DNA from: Azolla caroliniana
Taxonomy: Eukaryota; Plantae; Polypodiophyta
NCBI GenBank assembly: GCA_043228905.1
Contig: JBHGNT010000015.1
Coordinates: 12,400,001 to 12,464,000, forward strand
DNA: 64,000 nucleotides
Direction: 5' to 3'
Part shown: positions 14,091 through 24,061 of the stretch, one piece after another
Numbering within the stretch: the first letter of the stretch is position 1
How the letters are laid out: the number at the start of each line of letters is the position of its first letter
The notes under the pieces: model-generated
What the model was told of the DNA's origin: nothing
Databases searched by the model: none
Seen by the model: the letters and a program-made list of their open reading frames with translations, nothing else
Translations under genes and position numbers: made by a program

Positions 14091-14091
<1 letters not shown>
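13219..14091 (+). pseudogene. Degenerate beta-class DNA amino-methyltransferase (N4-cytosine/N6-adenine; DNA methylase N-4/N-6 family) with one spliceosomal intron (13651-13742); 5'-truncated by copia copy C
   Basis: Hand translation: YNGDVGNMLDVLPKRHYTLLVADIPYG (motif IV variant, DIPYG at 13388-13402). After a frameshift: HCEHLCVGYY...LVNPYQKP*RLIGLFSNPDDWVLDLFSGTG (motifs X-I, to 13650). GT intron, then TTTTCSLKMFRNCVALEKDPSQVNFIKIRI (motif II) and an acidic tail to 14091. Order IV...X-I-II is the beta permutation. Confidence 0.82.

Positions 14092-14094
<3 letters not shown>

Positions 14095-14136
<42 letters not shown>
14095..14136. repeat. (GT)21 microsatellite just 3' of the methyltransferase stop
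   Basis: Seen directly in sequence. Confidence 0.95.
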
Positions 14137-14138
<2 letters not shown>

Positions 14139-14572
14139 TGCTTTGTGTATGTTGAACATTATTTTGAATTGTAACAACTTTTGGTTTGAGTATAATCTCC
14201 TAGTAACATTTTGTCTTTACTCTATCCTTTTGGTGTCTCTTATGTGTCTTAAATGTGTTTTGACTTGTAAAGTATATGGTTAAGTATAATTTCCATTGAA
14301 CATTTGCTTTTTACTCTATCATTTACATGACAATGATTGGATATTATTGTATCTCGGTTATTTTTAACCTGAATGGGTGACTCTTGTTAATGTGTAAATT
14401 AGGCATTACATATGATTCATTGAACTTATTGTTTAAGTATATTTGGTATCCTATTAATATGATTTATGTTGTAATAATTCTTAGTAAACTAGTTTTGGGT
14501 AATCACAATGATATTAAGTCAAGACGGTTGTTCATAAGATTATGCGTTCAAGTTTGTTCACATGATTGACAT

Positions 14573-15219
14573 CATAGATTCACATATTCGCATTCGTGGG
14601 GGTTCCCATTCGAATGCAAACGAACACGAATACGAAGGGGTAGTCAAGTATTCGTTTAACCCCCCCCCCCCCCCCCCCAAAAAAAAAAAAAAAACTTTTG
14701 TTTTTAAAATTTCCTAAGATAAAAAAAAAAACTTAACAATAAATAGGGATAATAAAAGAGTGACTTTGGGGACTTGACACTACTAGATGTTTATAATAAA
14801 TGTATAGTCGTTTTATTTTTAATAAATAAATAAAATAAAATAAAGGCTCATTAATTTCTCACTTTTTATTTCCTCAAAATTTATGGATATTTTTAGCTTG
14901 ACATTAAAAATGGTACTTCAAACTAATCATATCTTCAAAGTTCATACTAATCATATTTGTATAATAAATATAAAAATATTCGTTTTTAAATAATTAATTA
15001 ATTAAAATAAGTTTCATAAACTCTCTTGACACTATAATCTATTAATGAATAATTGTTTTTTTTTGTGAAATACATTTATTTAAATAAATAAATAATTTTT
15101 TATATTTATTTTACAAAACGAATGGTTTTTTAATATTCTTGGGCCCATTTTGTATTCTTGAATATTGAGAATATTGCGCATGGAGAATATCACGAATATC
15201 ACGCATGTGTCAATCTATG
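14573..15219. mobile_element. hAT-type MITE (647 bp)
   Basis: Imperfect TIRs CATAGATTCACATA / TGTGTCAATCTATG. Perfect 8-bp TSD ATTGACAT at 14565-14572 and 15220-15227. AT-rich interior with GAATA(T/C) subterminal repeats. Confidence 0.92.
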
Positions 15220-15954
15220 ATTGACATATAATTAGCATATCGGTTTTTTGCATGCATGGTATCTCGTGAGATTTGCTTTTACGAATATTTTTCTAGTTGT
15301 AACCTTAAACCCTATTTACAAATTTGACAGATCCATCTTCATAAGTCTTAGAGACAAATATAAACATAATCGCATTTCAAAATTTGTTAAGTTGGATTCA
15401 AATTTAACATTATGTACAATGAAGCATAATACAATTATAATTGCATGGATTCCTGTCATCTTATCTACGAATTGGATAAATTTATCATAGATTGAATAAA
15501 TGAAGGTTAATTTTGCAGTCTTAAAATTTTTAATTGCATATTTAAGCGGTGTCTTTAAAAATCATGTACGCATGTGTGATATGTTCTTGAAAGTTCGTTA
15601 AAAAAAGGTATTTCTTGACATCTCACGTAAATATCAAAAAGGGAATGCAACATATTGCTTGTTTCAAATGTCCTGGTGTTTACAAAGATTCATTACATGG
15701 AAGTCTACTTCCTCTATATAAGTATCAATAGAAATTCCTAATGAATGAATCACCCAATTGATGTATTGCACTCTTCCATCAGCCAAGTGCACCTTATAGG
15801 TGTGATCACTTACGGTGGGTTGGATTCCCCATATCTAAACCAAACGATCATTCACAAAATTGTGTGAGCTTACCGATTCAAATAAAAATTGTACGGGAGA
15901 TCCATTGATATACCCGTTTGCACGTAATAAATCATTGGGTTCCAATACATAGTG

Positions 15955-16470
15955 AGGGAAAGGACATTTACAATTACTTAAATGATTTGTATAAACCTCA
16001 AGGACATCAAGAGTCTGACCTTTATGGTCTACAACTTTTGTTTTGTTGTTGTGCTCTTTCCATTGGATCTTTCAACATTTCTCTTTTGTATGACCCTTCT
16101 TTTTGTAGAATAAGCAAAAAGGATTTTGTCGCTTATAATTATGATCCATGAATTTGTTGGGTGTCTTACGTTTCCCAATGAATTGTGACTACTTAGTCTT
16201 GGGCACTTTGGGTTTGTTATGGTCCTTCTTTGAAGTGTGTTGATAACAAAGAACTATTTCAACAACCTCTTCAAAGGATTTGGGATCCTTATCGTGCATT
16301 ATTAAGTGATAGTCCCAATTGGGGATGTCATTGACAAAACAAGCTATTAACCAATTGTCCCCTTCTAGACCCGATTTTTGGATTTGGGTTCTAGAATGGT
16401 GAACATAGTCTTCTAGCGAGGAAAATTTCCGGCTAGAGAGGTTCATTAAACCTTGTGCTGCCTCGGTTCC
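15955..16470 (-). mobile_element. Degenerate retrotransposon gag fragment (probably gypsy-type)
   Basis: SLEDYVHHSRTQIQKSG...IACFVND...DKDPKSFEEVVEIV resembles a retrotransposon gag C-terminal helix region. It is fused by deletion to the copy D integrase at AYVHVP|GTE. Confidence 0.5.
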
Positions 16471-19068
16471 TGGCACATGCACATATGCAATACTACCGAA
16501 TACTCTCAAGTGCTTCAAGTTCGGCTTGCACCCGAAGTATAGCTCATGTGCTGACACATTTTCTCCAATCTGATTCTGGATATATACAGCCATCCAAACA
16601 GCTTCCGCCCAGTAAAACTTGGGCATGCTTTTCTCCTCTAGCATTGCCTGTGCTGCTTCGACAATCAACCAATTCTTCCTTTCGGCTACACCATTCTACT
16701 CCAGCGTATATTTGCAGCTGAATTCGCACCGGATTCCCATTTGTTGCAGATAACAGTTGCACTGGCTGGAAAAGTATTCTTTCCCGCCATACGACCACCA
16801 GACACTTGATTTTCTGGTCTGTTTCCCTTTCGACAAGATTTTGCAAGTTCTGAAAACAAGAGAAGACATCACTCTTCTTCTCTATCAGGTAAATCCATTT
16901 GTGTCGGCTATAGTCGTCCATGAAGGAGATGAAGTATCGACTCCCGCCTAGGCTCACATTCTATGTCGGTCCCGACTCCCCACATGTCTGAATATATTAA
17001 GTTGAGGTTGTTACGGCTCCGATTACGATCGTTGGGGAATGGAAGTCAGTGTTGCTTCCCTAGCTGGCATGCTTCACAAACTTGGCCCTTCTGGCCACTG
17101 AACTTCGGCAAACCGAACACAACTTGTTTTGTTTGTAATTCTTAAAGCCTTTGGTAGTCGATCCGCTTATGCCAAAAGTCGATATCTGATTCGACTTTTT
17201 GTCCCTTAGCGAACAATGTGGTGTCAAAGTCATTTGTATCGAGGATGAACATCCTCCCTTCTCGGCACCCTTACGCGATGATCTGGCCTTCTTCTTCGAT
17301 GAAGCATCCGAGGTGTGTGAACCGGACCTACATCTCTTGGTCGACAATCTGACCGACCGACACCAGGTTCTTCGTGATTGTCAAGATGTGCAGGACGTTC
17401 ATTAGTCTCCCCTTCTGTCTAACATGGCTCATGGGGACATCACCAACGTGCCCGATGGGATGGGGGGTGTCATCGTCAATTTCGACAACCCCCAATTACT
17501 CCGATTTTTGAGGATATGAGAACTACTCTTTGTGGCTCGTCATGTGATTCGAAGCTCCAGAGTCAACATACCACACTTCGTTCGGTGTTGAGGTGCTTGT
17601 CTTCATCGAGTTGGCTTTGTGCTTCATCACAAAGACAGGGCCCTTTCTGGTTCCTTCCAACTCTTCGGCATAGTGCGAACGTTGTTGATTCCTGTGTTCG
17701 GCCTTGCTCTATCTGGATTTATCCGAATCAGCCTTCTTTTTCTAGCACCCACTTTCTTTATGGCCTTTCCGGCCACAATACCAACAATCCATTTCAGCCT
17801 TCCCTTGCCGGTTTTTGGCACTACTTTGACTCCCCTTGCTCGTGGAGGGTCTGGAATTGCTATCAGCATGTCGATTATGCCTCTAATTCTGCTCTTTTTG
17901 GCCACCACCATTGCATGTCGATCCACCTCATCCTCCACACCTCCGTGTATAGCATCCGATTATCCGATTTGTGCTCCTTGACACACCAGCTTTCTCTTCA
18001 ACCATAAGCATTGATTGTAGGTCAAAAAACGACGGTGGCTTCTCCCTTATGCAAATAGTCGTCCGGATTGGCAAGTACCTCTGAGCTAGACCACCAAGGC
18101 AAATCCATACCATTTCGTCCTCGTCCACCATCACATTGATGGACCCTAAGGCGTCACAAATTTCCTTGATTTTGATGATGTAGTCGGTCAGCGTCATATC
18201 CCTTTGTCGGATATTGTTGAGCTCTTGCCAAAGCTACAACTTCCAGGCCATGGTACTCACAGCAAAAAACTTTTTCAGATTTTCCCAGGCCTCCTTCGGC
18301 ATCTTTGCATCTCGAATGTAGCCCAACATCTGATCGTGCACATAGGACGCAAGGCAATACAGAACTCTGCTTGCCGCCTACTCCCATGCCGGAAAATCCT
18401 TATGTGCCGGTTCTAGCGCTACATCATTCGCTCCTTCTACATAACTCCAATATCCATGACCGAGTACATACTGGTGTCTCTTGTATGCCCAAGATGCATA
18501 GTTGCTCCTGTCAAGCTTCTCCGTTGGAAGCGAGCTAGCCATTCCTCTATTCATTTTTTTGTTTTTCTTTTTTTGTCTGTTCTTGACTAGGGGTTAGAGT
18601 TTGTCTATGTTACAACATTTTTCAGCAGCAGAGGATTCTCAACCCTCACACTCTGATACCATGTAAAGATTATGATGCGGAAGCTAAACAGAATAGAACA
18701 GAACCGGCTTTGCCGGACAGCAACAGAAAACACAGAATATCAATGGAAGATCACACGGTATGCGGGAGAGATAGAGAGAGCAGAAGACTATAACTCTATT
18801 CAAAAATAATAACACTCTGTACATACAAATATGTTCAGAGAGCACTTTTATACAAGTCCTTAAAAGGACTGACAGAAGTACTTCAATGCTCATAACTGAG
18901 TTACTGACACTAAATTCGAAATTTATAAGTACCCACTAATCTGGGTGCGTAGGCCTCTAACGGCCTACTGGCTCACTGATCGATTCGGGCCTACCCAATC
19001 GGTCTTCATCCGATCCGACTCCTAATTTGTTCAATCGATCCGGCCTATATTGAACTTGCTTCTCAACA
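16471..19068 (-). mobile_element. Ty1/copia retrotransposon (family 1, copy D): 5' LTR 18662-19068, PBS 18650-18661, degenerate gag-PR-INT
   Basis: LTR TGTTGAGAAG...CTTTACA|TGGTATCAGAG. ORFs contain DYIIKIKEICDALGSIN, GGSRYFISFMDDYSR, AMLEEKSMPKFYWAEAV and HLRVFGSIAYVHVP. Confidence 0.92.
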
Positions 19069-19629
19069 ATGTACAAAAGAAGTTAGTGATGAGTAGAAGA
19101 CAAATATGACCCCAAGGATGTATTTATGGATGATCGAATATCGAGGGTACAAAGGTAGTTTGGAAGAATTGAGGTTATGTGAGAGAGTGTGAAATTAAAA
19201 AAACTCAATATAGTAACTAGTTAATGTTTTGGTTTTTGATGACTGAAGGCTTGTTATAAAGCTACTTTGACATCCTACAATTTTCTAGAAGACTTGGATG
19301 ATAGATTCAACCATCTACATGCTTGAATTCAAAGAATTCCTTGTGACATGCAAGAGAAAGTAGCAAAAGTGTTGCATGTTTGAGGACTACTCTTCATATC
19401 TAGTGGAAGTTTTTTGTAATCTCTCCCTCTGCTAAACCCCCTTTTGGATCATCTCCTCTCCCCTCTCATAAACACATCTCTTTGTCACTTTCAATCTCTT
19501 TTTTCTTGTGCTTAGAAGTTTATTGTAGAATCTTATGAACCCTCTTTTTATGTAGTGAGCCTTTATATGTACATAATGTTTATAACTCATTGATCCTCCT
19601 CTCATCTATGTCATGCCCACTCCCTTCCG

Positions 19630-19711
19630 TCTTGTGTTTGTGTTCTTTCTTAATGTCATTCATGTCATCATCTTGTGTTTGTGTTCTTCCTTAATCTCAT
19701 TCATGTCATTA
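19630..19711. repeat. 41-bp tandem duplication
   Basis: TCTTGTGTTTGTGTTCTT(T/C)CTTAAT(G/C)TCATTCATGTCAT present twice. Confidence 0.85.
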
Positions 19712-20184
19712 TGGCGCCTATCGTATACTGAGTTGTGTCTTGAGAGACCTTGTGTTGGGATTGTGCGAGGCAAACTCTAGCACAACATTTCTCATTTTCT
19801 TGGATTATCAATCATTTGAAACTTCTTGCACTTGGATGTTGGTCGTTTAAACTTTACAAAGAAAATAACAGGTTCAGTCAATTGAATCCTATTATCTACT
19901 ATACAATTTTGGAAATTTAAACAAATTTTAAGAATAAAATTCAAATGAATGTGGCAACCTTCACGCAATTATAATTTCAACGGTCTTTTCATAATGACAT
20001 CCTCTCTTTTCTTAAAAAGGAAAAGAACCTCATCTTTTATTAAAGACTAGAATATAATGGGCAATTGGAAATGCTCATTCACATTGATTTTACTCTATAA
20101 GAATAGTCCAAGTCGATACAAAAATACTCTACAAATCAACTAGGAAAAAGTAACAAATAAAGCTCACAATGGATGAACAATACT

Positions 20185-23100
20185 TTATTTTCTTAAGACT
20201 AGTACTCCCATAAGCCCACTTGCAAGTTCGTAATGGTCAGCAAGTGCAAAGCCAGCTTCTTTTGCTAGGACTTCTTGTTCCTTTCCTATAGTAAAGATTA
20301 TTATCTGCCATTATATTTCATTACAATTTTTAATCACCCTTCTTTCCAAAACAAAACCCAAACCTGTTGGAAACTGAGAAATTGACTCCTTAAGATAAGC
20401 ATACTCTTCTCTCATTCCATATTGAGCCGCAACAGGAACAACAAGATTGTCAAGAAGCCAGTTCTACAGAAAATACATATAATTCCAAAATATCATGATT
20501 TTCCTAGAAAATTATTTTATGCATTATAGGTCAATGGAAAATGCATCAGACAGAAGAAAGAAATCAGTTACCTGAATATCATATATCACTGTGTTGGAGG
20601 GTCTATTGAAATCTAGTATAGCAACACTCGAGCCTGAAGGTGAAAAGATGGATAATTTGTTTTTGAGTATATCGGATTGAAAATAAGAGTTAAACATTTC
20701 ATAACCTTTCTTTACAACACGAAAAATTTCGTTGAGTGCTTGAGGAATATTTGTGACATTTCGCAATCCATATCCAACTGTCACAGCATCGAACGCTTCA
20801 TTTGCAAATGGAAGATTCAAAGCATCACCTTGGAGCCACCTATTATACCAAAGCTCATATCTATTAAAAGATTGGGTACATATTGTATTATACAGTATCC
20901 ACTATATGCATAGTTTCCATTGTATATTCATCACCCAAAAAGAAAAAGAAAGAATATTATTACTCTAAGTTTCTATAGCAAGGCCAAGCCTTAGACTTCT
21001 CTCGCTCGGACGCTATGATAAGCTGCTCCTCGGCAAAATCAAGACCTGTCACCTACGGCTAGAGTTGAGTAGGCAACAGAAGTCTGAGAAAGAACATAAA
21101 TTACTTGAGAACAGCACTGACCTTTCCTTTTGGCCCAACCTTCTCCGAGAGAAGGAATGCAAGATCCCCACTGCCACAGCAAACATCAAGCACTGTATCA
21201 CCTGGCTTTGCCCTAATATTCAGCACATGAGATGATTTCACAAAAACAACACCACCATCGGAACACCAATATTTCCTCAATAAATCTAGCAACTAGCTGT
21301 AGATGAAGTTTTAGTTTGAAATGTTTCAAATATTTCATTTTGAAGAATGAAAGAGAGTATTGCATTTTTGAACACCCTATTTTTTAAGCATATCTACCTG
21401 CTCCACTTGAAGAATGAAAGAGAGTATTGCACTTTGAACACCCTATTTTTTAAGCATATCTACCTGCTCCACTTGACCGTCATTCTCTTCCACACTCTAT
21501 GTTGACCCAAACTCAGCCAATCATTAAGCTGACAAAAAGAAATACGAGCCAAGATAATGAATATTAAAAAAATACAATAATTTAAATTACTTCCAAGCAG
21601 TATATGTTTAGACATTAGCTCCCTCCGATATCCACAGGTCATGAAGTATATTTTGTCGTATGAAAGCATTAAAGGATTCTATGTTTAAAGACGGCAATTA
21701 GCAGTACCCTGTGCAACCATGACAAAAACATACAAATCATTATACCAGCTGATTTATTTTCCTCCAATGCTTCTGCACGTCATTGTAAATAAACTGTGCT
21801 TTCCATTCAGACATTCCAAAGGTCAAATACAGTGCTATGAATTCTACCCTAAAACCTAAACCCTTCTATGTTTAAAGACGGCAATTAGCAGTGCCCTGTG
21901 CAACCATGACAAAAATATACAAATCATTATACCAGCTGATTTATTTTCCTTCAATGCTTCTGCACATCATTGTAAGTAAACTGTGCTTTCCATTCTGACA
22001 TTCCAAATGTCAAATCCAGTGCTATGAATTCTACCCTAACATTGGGTAATGTATTTGCCATGGTAAAAGGACGAATAAAGAACAGATGCAAAAACGAAAC
22101 TCCCATTCATTCCAGGTGGAAGACTGAGCAATGGAGCTCCTGAAAGTATGCAACACTGTCTCTGATACCACTTCTAGAGAAGTGAAGATAGAATGACCAT
22201 TTTCTAAAATATCTAAAGGCAGAAATATAGAACCAAAAAACAATTATGGGGTTTCACACATAGGAGAGATTAAAGACATCAGAAGCAGTTTTGCAAAATA
22301 AAAGCTCATCTATCTGATATATCTTCAAGATAGGAATGCACACATATGCATATACACTATTTAAGATACATAGAATATGCTCTTTGAAGAAGAGCTTCAG
22401 ATGTTGATGGGACCATATCTTGGGGGCGTCCCAAAGCACTCATGGTCAGATCGTGAGAAAATCCTATGCAAGGAGAGATTATTTGATTGACGAGAATTCC
22501 CAAATCTTGGAATGAACGTTTCAATTCACGACAATCATGCTGATTGTGAAAACCCGATGTAAAAATTCATTCAATTCATGGCTCCACTCAGGTTGTGGAT
22601 AGCCTCACAAATACCTATAATGTTGAGTGGCAATCTTTTCCAAGGATCCCATCTAATGTACAAAATATTCCTTTAGGAGTTGTGGTACAATACTGAAAAT
22701 GAGACTATACTACTCTAATAGAAATCAGAATATAAGAAACTATTCTCGTTTAATAGGAGAAACCTAAGGGCCTTTAATCCCAGCACTTACAAGTGTGTGT
22801 GAGAAGAAAGGGGGAGAATAATCATGATAACCGTAGTCATTATGATTGTTCACCTTTGATTTCTTTAAATTTTGCATGTGAAGCAGTGCACTCTAAAGAG
22901 AGTAGGTAGGAAAAAGGGGAAAGTAAAGTTATCCCACATACAAAGGAAATTTGGGCAACATACTACTAGATAGATGGATGGATGGATATTTTTAGCATCC
23001 ATAGAGAGGCCAATATTGACCCACAGGACATAAGTACAAAAGTTTTATTGATGTGTCTCTTTCCTAAGAAGGGATGTTGATAGTTAGAAGCACCAAGTCT

Positions 23101-24025
23101 CAATGTGTGAATAAGGCATACACATATGAGTTCAACCTTGTAAGTGCTCTCTTTCATGTGACACTCAAGTCATCACCCCCTCTTAAAATATCATCATAGA
23201 TTTCACGACTTGCACTATATGCAACGCATGTAAAAAGCAAGTGATACTCTCGTCCTCCACTAGCCCTTTTTGTATACCTTACATGCCTTTATATTTGGCT
23301 CATTTTGATGCCATAATGCAACTTCAATACCTAGTTATATGATCGAGTGTGAAGGAGTATTAGGGTTCAACAAGACTTAATACTTGTGTTAGTAATGAGG
23401 TAAGGTTGAATATGATCAATAGGCCTTATTGCCTTATATAGAACCCAAAATTCAAGATTGCTGTTTGCAATGTAATATTCTAATTTTGTCCTTTTAGCAT
23501 CTTTCCACTTCTTCCGTAATAACTACATATTTGATGGCATCACTTGAAGGCTCAAAGAGATCTTCCACATCCCAGCTTTTTGAACCATTTTTTTTATGTC
23601 AATGACCCAACCAGATGAGATAATTTTGCTCTTGTGATTCTTTTGTAGTGTACATCCAACATACCGAGCAAGATGTGGTGATCTATGATTTGGCATATTC
23701 TTGACTTTTGTAATGTATCTATATACTCTCTGTAGTGCCAATATTCTATAGGTCAAACACTTGTTTCCAAGAGCATAACTTGATAGGAGGTGGTGGATTT
23801 AATTCCCAATTGTCTCCTTAAAAACATCTTCTGAATCTTCTCAATATCATCCCATGCATTAAAAGAGGTAGTGCTTCCATACACTTCTACTCCATAAAGC
23901 AACACTTGTGTGTTACCTTGGCATTAAATAACATTAGTTTCACATCCCATCGATAAATGTCATTTTGGTTGCATTTATTTTCCAACTCTAGTTGCTATGT
24001 AAGAAAAAGAGAAACTATTACTTCG

Positions 24026-24061
<36 letters not shown>

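Noticed and set aside
16189-16668. 159-aa ORF as a novel integrase fusion protein
   Set aside because: Chance in-frame join of a copia integrase fragment and a gag-like fragment across a deletion junction.
19069-19790. Possible additional LTR next to copia copy D
   Set aside because: LTR-like composition, but no definable termini, TSD or homolog in the window.
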